Part shown: positions 29,528-38,456 of the stretch, one piece after another
Position numbering within the stretch: position 1 is the stretch's first letter
Layout: every line of letters begins with the position of its first letter
Program-made: the position numbers and the translations under genes
The notes under the pieces: generated by a model
Database searches by the model: none
Seen by the model: the letters and a program-made list of their open reading frames with translations, nothing else
Told to the model about the DNA's origin: nothing
IMG/VR virus record: IMGVR_UViG_3300019888_000003
Coordinates: 1 to 64,000 of that record
Length of the DNA stretch: 64,000 nucleotides
From: a virus
Direction: 5' to 3' (one strand)

Positions 29528-29778
29528 ATCCGCTCTGGAGCTACGTCCTGACAGGCATCGGGGTCACCGGGCTGTACGCCGTGACGAACAAGAAGTGGTG
29601 GGGTTTCGCTATCGGTCTGTTCGTTCAGCTCCTGTGGGTTGCGTACGCCGTCACGACGCGGCAGCACGGTTTCATCGGTTCTGCCTGTGTCTATGGGTAC
29701 GTCAACTATCTCGGATGGAAGAGGTTCCGCCGAGCCGACAAGGAGCACGTCGGTGTCGCCGAGACCAGGGCCGCGTAG
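29524..29778 (+). CDS. PnuC-like 3-TM membrane protein
   Basis: KKWWGF..Q.LW..YA..T.Q.GF...Y..VN..GW.. Confidence 0.65.
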   Translation: MNPLWSYVLTGIGVTGLYAVTNKKWWGFAIGLFVQLLWVAYAVTTRQHGFIGSACVYGYVNYLGWKRFRRADKEHVGVAETRAA

Positions 29779-29990
29779 GCCCCTGTTCGCCGCTCGGGTG
29801 GATGCCGAGGATGTGACATGGGCTGAACAGCAGGCGAGGAAAGAGGGCATTCCCTACGCTGACTTCGTACGACGGGTGGTGAGTTTCTCGCGAATGAACA
29901 TGCCGCTCGGATGGGAGAAGCCCGACGAGAACGATCATTGCCCCGCTGATCCTTCCTGACGCAATAGGTAGAGGACGAGGAGGTTTTCGA

Positions 29991-30278
29991 ATGATCTACA
30001 TTCGCCTCTACGGTGGCCAGCAAGATGGTCTGTGTTTGCCGACCAACCATGCACCAGATGTCGTGTGGGTCTCCACTATCGAAGAGGAACGTCGACAGGC
30101 CGCGCTGCGTGAACAGGGCATCGAACCAGAGCCCCTGATTGGCGTGGAAAACGCCAGATCCACTTTGCTCCCCTACACCAAGTATCGGTGTCTACTGGAC
30201 ACCATGGGCAACACTATTTTCGACTACGAGTTCTCGGAGGCGTTGCTGCTCTATCAGGACGAGGAGTCGTCCTCGTGA
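29991..30278 (+). CDS. hypothetical protein (GGQQDG motif)
   Basis: RBS GAGGAGG. Confidence 0.7.
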   Translation: MIYIRLYGGQQDGLCLPTNHAPDVVWVSTIEEERRQAALREQGIEPEPLIGVENARSTLLPYTKYRCLLDTMGNTIFDYEFSEALLLYQDEESSS

Positions 30279-30349
30279 CCTCTACTGGTAATCGGCACTT
30301 CCGCCGTACCAATAGATAGAAGGAAGTGTTAACAGGAGAGGAGAGGCCG

Positions 30350-30925
30350 GTGTTCACCTCCAGGCAGGAAGTTACCGCTCGTGAGGTCGGGTCGGCTCAT
30401 GCTCAGTTGGTTGCGCTTCTCGCGGCGCGTGATCAGTGGTACGACGGAACCATCGCCTCCGTCGACAATCGGATGTCTGCTCTCGCTCGCGCCTTGCCCC
30501 TGGTCAGGCGCGTTTCGATGCAGGATCACGAGATGCTGGCCGAGGCTGAGAAGCTTCGTGTCGAGCACTCCACGTTGATGGCGTTCAAGCGCGAAATGCT
30601 GAACCCGTCTCCACCTACCCGTAATTTTCCGCGTAAGTCTTCGGTCGGCAATCTCACGCCGTGGGGCCGTCGTTTCATCGCCACGGAGATGCGACAGTTC
30701 CTCGCCGACAACGTCGACGCGGTAGGTGATCCCGATGAGTTGGATACTCGCGCCCAGGATCACGCGGAGATCGCTACCATGCAGCTACCCGTCACCGAAG
30801 CACGGAGCGTGGTCGCGCACTTTCGCATGGCGGTGAACTGGAATGTGCGCAACACTTCGCGCCCGGTGCCCCGCCAGGCGGCGGTCGTGAATACCGACTT
30901 TCCGGACGATGCGCTGTTCGACTGA
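30350..30925 (+). CDS. head-module protein
   Basis: GTG after GAGGAGAGG; RQEVTAREV start, RQAA motif, DFPDDALFD end. Confidence 0.75.
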   Translation: MFTSRQEVTAREVGSAHAQLVALLAARDQWYDGTIASVDNRMSALARALPLVRRVSMQDHEMLAEAEKLRVEHSTLMAFKREMLNPSPPTRNFPRKSSVGNLTPWGRRFIATEMRQFLADNVDAVGDPDELDTRAQDHAEIATMQLPVTEARSVVAHFRMAVNWNVRNTSRPVPRQAAVVNTDFPDDALFD

Positions 30926-30989
30926 GAAAATAAATCGAGGGAAGAGAAGAGGGTAGATTCGATTCCCTGGTACTCATTGAGGGATCGAG

Positions 30990-31685
30990 GTGGTCCCAGT
31001 GTCGTCTGGTAGCGGTGGGGAAACCGCAGACAGTCCTTCTGCTTGGACACCCGACTTGCTGTACCTGTATTTCATCGGACGCCTCAACGCGGTCGAGGAG
31101 ATTGCGCATACTCAGGTTGCGGCGTCCGAGAAGCTCACTGCGCACGAGTTGCTGGCGTTGTCCTCCAAGCTGGACGAACGGTATCAGACGCAAACCAAGG
31201 CCCTCGACGCGGCATTCGTGGCTCAGCAGTTGGCCATGACGACGGCGTTCACTGCTGCTGACAAAGCGGTAGCAGCCGCACTGGCTGCGCAGGAAAAGGC
31301 CGTCGACAAAGCGAATATCGCCAACGAAAAAAGATTTGAGAGCGTGAACGAATTCAGGGCTCAACTCAACGATATGGTGAATACGTTGATGCCACGCCAG
31401 GAGGCAGAGAGCCGATTCCTGGCCATTATCGAGAAATTGGAAATGGCGAACACGGCCATCAGCAACATGGTCCCTCGAACGGAGATGAATGCACGGCTGG
31501 GGGCACTGATCGAGAAACTGGACCTCGTGATCACTCGTTCGGGTGTCACGGAACGGGCGATGTCCTCTCGGCTCGACATGTCCCAGGGACAGAGCGCAGG
31601 AATGCGTGATTTCTGGGGCTGGATCGTTGGCGGTATCGGTGTGCTCGGTGGCATCGTTGCGCTGTACTTCACACTGAAGGGGTGA
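30990..31685 (+). CDS. coiled-coil protein with C-terminal TM anchor
   Basis: AV.KA..A.EKRFESVNEFR; terminal hydrophobic helix. Confidence 0.7.
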   Translation: MVPVSSGSGGETADSPSAWTPDLLYLYFIGRLNAVEEIAHTQVAASEKLTAHELLALSSKLDERYQTQTKALDAAFVAQQLAMTTAFTAADKAVAAALAAQEKAVDKANIANEKRFESVNEFRAQLNDMVNTLMPRQEAESRFLAIIEKLEMANTAISNMVPRTEMNARLGALIEKLDLVITRSGVTERAMSSRLDMSQGQSAGMRDFWGWIVGGIGVLGGIVALYFTLKG

Positions 31686-31695
31686 GGTAATCGCG

Positions 31696-31866
31696 ATGCC
31701 GTTGTTCTTCGGGCGAAGTCGGCGTAGTGCCGATGCAGATGCCGAAATGCTACGAGATACCCGCGAGGCGCTCAGTGATCTTCGGGGGCTGTTGGACACT
31801 TTGAAGATCGAAGCCGCCGCAGAGCAATATCGCAACGACCCCGGCTCGAAGGAGTATTACCTGTGA
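31696..31866 (+). CDS. 56-aa hypothetical protein
   Basis: read by hand; RBS GAGG; GTGA overlap with the next gene. Confidence 0.55.
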   Translation: MPLFFGRSRRSADADAEMLRDTREALSDLRGLLDTLKIEAAAEQYRNDPGSKEYYL

Positions 31867-32273
31867 ACGCAAAAGATTCCATCGACAGACCTTCGTTGGT
31901 CGAGGCGGTCGACAGACTGGAAGGGGCGATCACCAAGCTGGCCACCCGCTCCGACGTGCAAGAGGAATCGCTTCGACGTAATCGCAACGTGCTTCGTGTC
32001 GCGATCGTCGGATTGGCCCTCGACCTGCTCTTGACGATTTTCGGTGGCTATCTGTTCAACGAGATCCGTGGCAACACGACCGATATCGAGACGGTGCAGA
32101 CACGAACGTCGGTGCAGGTGTTGTGTCCGTTGTATCAGGTGTTTCTCAATTCGATCAAGGCGAATCCACACCCACCTGGTCTGACGCCGGAGCAGCAGAA
32201 GGACCGCGACGATGCGACGATCACCATCCAGGAGGGGTACGACATCCTCCAGTGCACTACCATTCCGCACTAG
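31863..32273 (+). CDS. single-TM membrane protein with two C-terminal Cys
   Basis: RBS AAGGAG; TM helix; LCPLY...LQC. Confidence 0.7.
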   Translation: MNAKDSIDRPSLVEAVDRLEGAITKLATRSDVQEESLRRNRNVLRVAIVGLALDLLLTIFGGYLFNEIRGNTTDIETVQTRTSVQVLCPLYQVFLNSIKANPHPPGLTPEQQKDRDDATITIQEGYDILQCTTIPH

Positions 32274-32348
32274 TTTCGACCTCGGCACGGAACGCAATAG
32301 ATAGGCGGATGTTCAGCCGGATCGTTCGACAGTGGAAGGCATAGCGAC

Positions 32349-32852
32349 ATGTCCTACGGAGTTGCGGGGAAGATGTCAGATTTATTTTATGCTGCTGTAC
32401 GTTCGGATGAGTTCCGGGAAGCGTGCCGTCAGCGAATGTTGGGCTCGGTGCAATCGGAAGCAACTTGCTCCAGGCGCTCGGTCGCGATGACGGGTGTGGG
32501 GGCTGGTACCCGTTCCGATAACCAGACGCCTGCGACTGGTTCATACGTCGTGCGCACGAGCGGCTATCGAATGCTCACGCAACAAGAAGGTCATCCGCTG
32601 GCCAGTAAGAGCGGTTGTGTGTATGAGCACCGCAAGGTTCTCTACGAGCGAATTGGGCCAGGCCCTCATCCATGTCACTGGTGTAGCAGGCTATTGGAGT
32701 GGGGCGGAGTCAAGGGAATCATTTCCGACCACTTGAACGACGACAAGCTGGACAACAGATCTGAGAATCTGGTACCTGCCTGTAACAGATGCAACGTGAG
32801 GCGCTCCCTCGGATTGCCAATCATCGTGATGGAGAGGGAAGTTCATGCCTGA
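32349..32852 (+). CDS. HNH endonuclease (start uncertain)
   Basis: HPLA..VYEHR..CHWC..DHLNDDKLDN..NLVPACNRCN. Confidence 0.85.
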   Translation: MSYGVAGKMSDLFYAAVRSDEFREACRQRMLGSVQSEATCSRRSVAMTGVGAGTRSDNQTPATGSYVVRTSGYRMLTQQEGHPLASKSGCVYEHRKVLYERIGPGPHPCHWCSRLLEWGGVKGIISDHLNDDKLDNRSENLVPACNRCNVRRSLGLPIIVMEREVHA

Positions 32853-34293
32853 TTACGGAATTTTCGAGGCAGCCAGCTCGGACGGTTTGGAGCAGCACAA
32901 CAGTCGTCGGCAGGCGGAACGCGCCCTGGACGAGGCCGTCTTCGCGGCGCGGGAGCAGTTCGGATCGTTTTTGGGTGCGGCGACGAACAAGCAGGATTTC
33001 GAGGACCGACTGGCGCTGGTCAAGCCGGAGTTGATGAGTACGGTCGAGGCGCACCTCCTGCCGGTGACCGGAGTGATGCGGCGCGTGTCGCGGGCGCTGA
33101 GGCCGGATTTTCGTAGCAAGCAGGCTGCTGATTATGACGAAGACTGGGACACTTCGAGTCCTGATTCTCGTGAACCCGATGACGAGGTAGAAGATCCGCG
33201 CGGCGATGACTACATGCCGAACTATCAGCGTGATGGGTCTCGCCGCAAGCAGGCCGACGACCGGGGCACCGATTCCGACACCGGAGCAATTCCTGCACCC
33301 GACGATATGAGTGCCGATCCCGCAGCGGGCGGCGGAGACCCCACGCCTGGTGCAGACGATGGTTCTGCTGATGTGCAGCAGTCAGTGGCGCGCCACAGGG
33401 AATCTGGTGCCGTGGACGACGCTCCCGAGTTGATTCCGAAGGGCGACTTCGATTCGTACCTCGACGACGTATCCGATCCCGATGTCGAGAAGATCAAGAC
33501 TCGCAACTTCGAGCCTGCCGATGTGCCACCACTCAAGGCTGGTAGGGAGAAGACCGCTGTCGACGCCGAGGGCTTGGATGACGCCACGCTGCTGCGGATG
33601 TGGCAGGCCATGCAGGACCTGTTCGGCACCGGAGCCATTCCCGACAGCTCGGTGGGCGATGCAGCAGCAGTGGGCGCGGAGATGACTAGGCGTGGTCTTG
33701 CGTCGAAGAAGTCCGAGTCTCGCCGCAAGCAGGCCGGTGACGATGATGTCTTTATCACACCGGAGAGTGTCGTCGAGGACTTCAAGGGTTGGCTCGAAGG
33801 GCGATCAGCAGATTACGATACGTACGACGAGTGGATGGACACCTATGAATACGCCGATCAGGTAGGCGAATCCGAGGATCGTGCCATTGTCGATTACATC
33901 GACCGCACTGCATCGCGCAAGACGGCTGGCTTCCAGGAATGGTGCGAAGAGAACGATGTCGATCCAGAGGCCTCGGGCTCTTACGACCAGTACGCAATTT
34001 CACAGCAGAAATCTTCCAACAAGAAAATCGCTTCTGGCTTCTCTCCCGAGGAGTTGGATGAGATGAAGGGCTGGGCGTACAGCTTCGGGTTCGTCTCGGA
34101 CTCGATGATCGACAATCTTTCAGCCGAGGACACCATCGCCATCATCAAGCGTGATTACCCCGGTGGATTGATTGCATGGCAACAGGATGCGAGCACATCC
34201 GATGCCGATCTTCCATCGGAGCCGAATGCTGAGCCGAACGACTTGGGTGCTGATTCAGGAGTCCCTGCGGGGGTTCCTTCTGGGGCATTCTGA
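32845..34293 (+). CDS. acidic head-module protein made of cassettes
   Basis: D/E-rich segments separated by KQA/KTA/KIA motifs. Confidence 0.8.
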   Translation: MPDYGIFEAASSDGLEQHNSRRQAERALDEAVFAAREQFGSFLGAATNKQDFEDRLALVKPELMSTVEAHLLPVTGVMRRVSRALRPDFRSKQAADYDEDWDTSSPDSREPDDEVEDPRGDDYMPNYQRDGSRRKQADDRGTDSDTGAIPAPDDMSADPAAGGGDPTPGADDGSADVQQSVARHRESGAVDDAPELIPKGDFDSYLDDVSDPDVEKIKTRNFEPADVPPLKAGREKTAVDAEGLDDATLLRMWQAMQDLFGTGAIPDSSVGDAAAVGAEMTRRGLASKKSESRRKQAGDDDVFITPESVVEDFKGWLEGRSADYDTYDEWMDTYEYADQVGESEDRAIVDYIDRTASRKTAGFQEWCEENDVDPEASGSYDQYAISQQKSSNKKIASGFSPEELDEMKGWAYSFGFVSDSMIDNLSAEDTIAIIKRDYPGGLIAWQQDASTSDADLPSEPNAEPNDLGADSGVPAGVPSGAF

Positions 34294-34997
34294 TGTCTCT
34301 GCATTGGAACACCGATATCGTCCGGCACTCCCTGTTACGGTCGGCGAATCTTCCTGGCGGTATCGAGCGACTGGGAATTTCCTACGAAGGTCGTGAATTG
34401 GCGAAGTTGGTCAGTCGATTCAAAGTCTGGTGCGGGCGAAACGGCATCGACTTCACCACAGTGCGTGAAGACCGGGACGAGACAGTCGTGTATCGCTATT
34501 TTGCAGACGCTGATCTCGATGTGCAGGACGAGCGCGCGATGGAGGAGTGGATCAACGATCCTGAGTACCCCATCACGAGTATGCGCAAGGGTGCGCCCTT
34601 CGCGGATTACGCTGACTTCGATGCGTGCGTCGCTGCCAACCAGGACAAAGATTCGCCCGAGGCATATTGCGGGACCATCCAGCGGAATGTTGAGGGTGCC
34701 GGTATCTCCTCTCGCAAGCGCACCGCCTCGATGTGGGATGAGATGGACGCTTCAGCTCCGCGTCATGTCGTAGCGGGCTGGGATTGGGACGAACGGCTCT
34801 CGGGTTACGTGACCGATGCCACCTCTGCTCACTTTGCGTGTCTCTGCGGGGCTAATGTCGAAGCGCCTGGCTATAACACCTGCGTCTGTGGGAAGGTGTG
34901 GAATAGCTATCCCATTCAAGCCAACGGCACGACGAAGGTCATTTGCCGGGAGATTCCCGTTCGCGACCTCTTGCTCGCCTCTAGGAGTTCGCCATGA
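34293..34997 (+). CDS. head-module protein with C-terminal zinc ribbon
   Basis: APFADYADFDACV..AYCG, RKRTAS, FACLCG..CVCGKVWN. Confidence 0.75.
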   Translation: MSLHWNTDIVRHSLLRSANLPGGIERLGISYEGRELAKLVSRFKVWCGRNGIDFTTVREDRDETVVYRYFADADLDVQDERAMEEWINDPEYPITSMRKGAPFADYADFDACVAANQDKDSPEAYCGTIQRNVEGAGISSRKRTASMWDEMDASAPRHVVAGWDWDERLSGYVTDATSAHFACLCGANVEAPGYNTCVCGKVWNSYPIQANGTTKVICREIPVRDLLLASRSSP

Positions 34998-35103
34998 TCT
35001 ACGGAATCCCCTTCTCGGATATTATTTCTGGTGGGAAGGCAGTGCTCACCTTGCTCGACATCGCCTATCGGGTTGCTCATTCCTTCGGCATAGTCTGAAC
35101 GCT

Positions 35104-35454
35104 ATGAGCGAGGTGTGCTGGTGTGGCCACAGACGTGCGGTGATGTATCAGGACTCGATCACTCAGCGCGGTTACTGCACCGTCTGCGCGGCTTCGGAGA
35201 TCACGTCCACCCAGAACGTTCACCTGCAATTTCTCAGTGACCTCATGCAATACGAGGTCGGTGAGCGCGTCGAGTGCTGGACGATGGGTGAGTTCTACGA
35301 GGGCTTCGGTGAGGTAAAAGAAATCTCGACCGAACTGAGGGACGGCGGGACGCCGGTACATCCCGCCTATCTCGTTCAGATAGACGACCGAGAGGGACCG
35401 TTGTGGTTCACTCCTATCTGTCTCAAGAGAGCGAGGAGTGAGGTCAATGGCTGA
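35104..35454 (+). CDS. hypothetical protein (start uncertain)
   Basis: CWCGH..CTVC and SH3-like YEVGERVEC. Confidence 0.55.
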   Translation: MSEVCWCGHRRAVMYQDSITQRGYCTVCAASEITSTQNVHLQFLSDLMQYEVGERVECWTMGEFYEGFGEVKEISTELRDGGTPVHPAYLVQIDDREGPLWFTPICLKRARSEVNG

Positions 35455-35881
35455 GACCGTGCGCCAGATTGCCCCCTATCCCTATCCCTTGGCCGATCTC
35501 ATCGCACAACTGACCTACAAGCGGAACTGGACCTTCGCGCTGGATGACATGGACCGTGGACAGGGCAGCAGAGGTTTGACACTCAATGTGCTGATCTACA
35601 CTCCTGACAGCTATCACCCAGATCAGACACGTGGGGTACGGCACTTCTTCATCGTCCCGGCAGCCGCGTACGACATTCGCTCTTGGCGTCGGTGGTTGTT
35701 CGATCGCATCTTGGACATCGAGACGCACGAGGCGATGGAGTTCTTCAAGCTGGACGGTGTGCGCGCTTATGCGCCTTCACACGGTCCGGGAAATGATCCC
35801 TACTTGATTCGAGAAGTGGGCACCGACGAGGACGTGCGAACGTCGTTCCGTGGCGAGCTGAAGGATGAGACGGTTGGCTGA
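35447..35881 (+). CDS. conserved hypothetical phage protein
   Basis: WRRWLFD..ETHEAMEFF..PSHGPG. Confidence 0.75.
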   Translation: MAETVRQIAPYPYPLADLIAQLTYKRNWTFALDDMDRGQGSRGLTLNVLIYTPDSYHPDQTRGVRHFFIVPAAAYDIRSWRRWLFDRILDIETHEAMEFFKLDGVRAYAPSHGPGNDPYLIREVGTDEDVRTSFRGELKDETVG

Positions 35882-38375
35882 CATCCAGATCACCGACAAG
35901 CGCGGACACCGTGGAGACGTCAGTCTGTCAAAGACCGTCGCGAACCTGCGGGCACGTGGGTTCTCTCTTCCCAATTCCCCGCCGATGGCGCGTCAGGCCG
36001 CCTCCGATGTAAAGACGGCGGTGGCCAATCGCACGCTGACGGATTCCATGCGTCACACCGGCTCCAATGTGCAGATGGCGTTGCCCAAGGTGCGCGAGCC
36101 GATGTCCAGCTTCAAGGACAAGGGCATCCCCTTCGATACGACCAAACCCAAGGAGTTGCGCGAAATTCGCAAGTGGGCGCGGCTGTTCTATTCGACTCAC
36201 GACCTCATTCCACTGATGATCGACATCTACTCCAAGTTTCCTCTGGTCGGCATGGAGTTCACCAGCAAGGACCCCAAGATCAAAGAGTTCTACGAGTCGA
36301 TGTACTTGGACAACTTGGATTACGACACGTTCCTTCAGGATGTGGGGCGTGAGTATTTTATCTCCGGCGAGGTCAACACGTTGGGGCACTTCGACGAGAC
36401 GCTGGGTATCTGGAGCGCCGAGGAGGTGCTCAATCCCGACACCATCTCCGTCAGCAAGTCGATGTTCGTGCAGCGCGAGCGGGTGCAGTTGCTCGTCAAG
36501 GATCTGGTCGAGGTATTGCGCTCCGGGACGGAGACGGGAGGGGAGGACGGGCCCACGCGCTCCGAGCAACTGGAAAAGCGTTGGGAATACGAACAATTGG
36601 TGCAGAACTACCCCGAGATTCTTCAGGCGGCAGCCAACGACGACGGGTTGGACATCGCGGACGCGCTCATCAGCCGCATCGTCAACAAGGTGCAGCCCTG
36701 GGATTTGCGGGGCACGCCACATCTGTTGCGCAGCTTTCGCACGCTGCTCATGGAGGAGTCCCTCAATGCGGCACAGGACGCAGTAGCCGATCGGCTTTAC
36801 AGCCCGTTCATCCTCGCCACCTTGGGCATCGCCAACCTGGGCGACAACGAACCCTGGATTCCTGATCAGGGTGACTTGGATGCGTGCCGTGACGACATGC
36901 AGAATGCTCTCGCCGCCGATTTTCGGCTGATGGTGCACAACTTCGGCCTGGACATCAAATCGGTTTTCGGACGAGAAGCCGTGCCGCGCTTCGACTCCGA
37001 CTACAGCCGTGTGGACAAGAAGCTCATGCAGGCGTGGGGTATCGGTGAAGCGCTCATCTCTGGTGGCACTGGCAACACCTACGCCAGCTCCGCGCTCAAC
37101 CGTGAGTTCGTCACGCAGATCATGGTCACCTTCCAAAAGGCGATCAAGCGTCACATGCGCAAGCGCAGCGAGGTGATCGCGGAGGCACAGGGTCACTACG
37201 ACTACGAGATGAGCGGCAGTATTCGTAAGCCCATCTTCCGCGAGATCGTGGAGACCGATCCAGAGACCGGCGAGGAGTACACCCGCAAGGTACCCAAGCT
37301 GTTGATTCCCGAGGTCAAGTTCCAGTCGCTCAACCTGCGCGACGAGGCGCAGGAGCGCAGCTTCCTCCAGGCGCTCAGGAGCCAGGGCGTGCCGATTTCA
37401 GACATGAGCCTGGCAGTGAACATTCCCATCGAGTTCGAGGACGAGCTGGAAAAGCAATCCGAGGAGAAGGTCAAGAAGCTCATCGCCGAGGCTCAGGCCA
37501 TGCAGGCAGCCTTTCATGCGTGCTCAGCGCAGGGACTTCCGATTCCGCCTGATATCGCCCGCTACTACGCAGCGGGCGCGCAACTCACCAAGGAAGTGGC
37601 CGACGCTGGGATCGAGAAGGACAAGGGCGACGTGCTCAAGGACACCGGCACCATTCCCGGTGAAGAGCCTGCCACCAATATCGTGGCTCCCGGAGTGCCC
37701 GGTGTACCAGGTTCTCCTTCCGGTGGTGGGGCCCCGAGCGGCAACGGCTTCGGTGGTGGGCCTCCCGGCGGTCCCGCTGATAACGGCACCCCCGATTCCA
37801 AGGGCATGGACTCCAAGGGTGGCGATCTCGGCGTCGACCTCGACAACGGTATCGCCAACGATCAACTCGACAACTCCAAGCCCGATGTACCCGGCGCGCC
37901 GCCGATCAACGTTCCAGTGGATGGTGAGGGGAGCAACGACGATAACGTCCTGCCCTTCAAACCCAAACTGCCGCAGCGTAATCGCACCCGTCCGGAGGAG
38001 AGCGACGAGATGCGCAAGCACTCGCCTCGCAAGGGGAGCTTCGGTCAGGGACCCTCCTCCTATGGGTCTTCGGAGCGAGTGTCCGAACGCGAAATCGAAT
38101 CGGCGCTCAAGCGACTGTCTTCTCCTGTGCAGACCGTGCGGGACCTGGTGGAGAACGACGAATTCTTCGTTTCGCTCAATCGGCAGTCCTACACCGATCA
38201 GATCCGTGCCGACATCGACAGCATCTATCCCAACTTGGAAATCAGAGGTGACGGGTCGGCGGTGCTGACCATGACGAAGCGGGCTGCGAGCGATGGGACG
38301 GACGAGTCGTTCACGGTGCTGTGCGAGATGATTGAGCAGCACGAGGAGGTCTACGGTTTCCGTCCCGAGTGGTAA
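35865..38375 (+). CDS. portal protein with long low-complexity C-terminal extension
   Basis: W.RLFY.THD..IDIYSKFP, LNPD, W..RGTP..R; position in the head module. Confidence 0.8.
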   Translation: MRRLADIQITDKRGHRGDVSLSKTVANLRARGFSLPNSPPMARQAASDVKTAVANRTLTDSMRHTGSNVQMALPKVREPMSSFKDKGIPFDTTKPKELREIRKWARLFYSTHDLIPLMIDIYSKFPLVGMEFTSKDPKIKEFYESMYLDNLDYDTFLQDVGREYFISGEVNTLGHFDETLGIWSAEEVLNPDTISVSKSMFVQRERVQLLVKDLVEVLRSGTETGGEDGPTRSEQLEKRWEYEQLVQNYPEILQAAANDDGLDIADALISRIVNKVQPWDLRGTPHLLRSFRTLLMEESLNAAQDAVADRLYSPFILATLGIANLGDNEPWIPDQGDLDACRDDMQNALAADFRLMVHNFGLDIKSVFGREAVPRFDSDYSRVDKKLMQAWGIGEALISGGTGNTYASSALNREFVTQIMVTFQKAIKRHMRKRSEVIAEAQGHYDYEMSGSIRKPIFREIVETDPETGEEYTRKVPKLLIPEVKFQSLNLRDEAQERSFLQALRSQGVPISDMSLAVNIPIEFEDELEKQSEEKVKKLIAEAQAMQAAFHACSAQGLPIPPDIARYYAAGAQLTKEVADAGIEKDKGDVLKDTGTIPGEEPATNIVAPGVPGVPGSPSGGGAPSGNGFGGGPPGGPADNGTPDSKGMDSKGGDLGVDLDNGIANDQLDNSKPDVPGAPPINVPVDGEGSNDDNVLPFKPKLPQRNRTRPEESDEMRKHSPRKGSFGQGPSSYGSSERVSEREIESALKRLSSPVQTVRDLVENDEFFVSLNRQSYTDQIRADIDSIYPNLEIRGDGSAVLTMTKRAASDGTDESFTVLCEMIEQHEEVYGFRPEW

Positions 38376-38414
38376 GCGATTGTGCGGGAGTGCTGTATTC
38401 GACCACTGGGAGAG

Positions 38415-38430
38415 GACATAACAAGTAGAT
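38415..38430 (+). promoter_or_regulatory. putative late promoter GACATAA-N3-GTAGAT
   Basis: motif shared with 45912 and 57393. Confidence 0.55.
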
Positions 38431-38456
38431 GCCGATGATGATTCGAGGAGAACCAC

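Noticed and set aside
29639-29959. small ribbon-helix-helix-like ORF (AARVDAEDV.WAEQQA..ADFVRRVV)
   Set aside because: Plausible, but no convincing start codon or RBS could be placed
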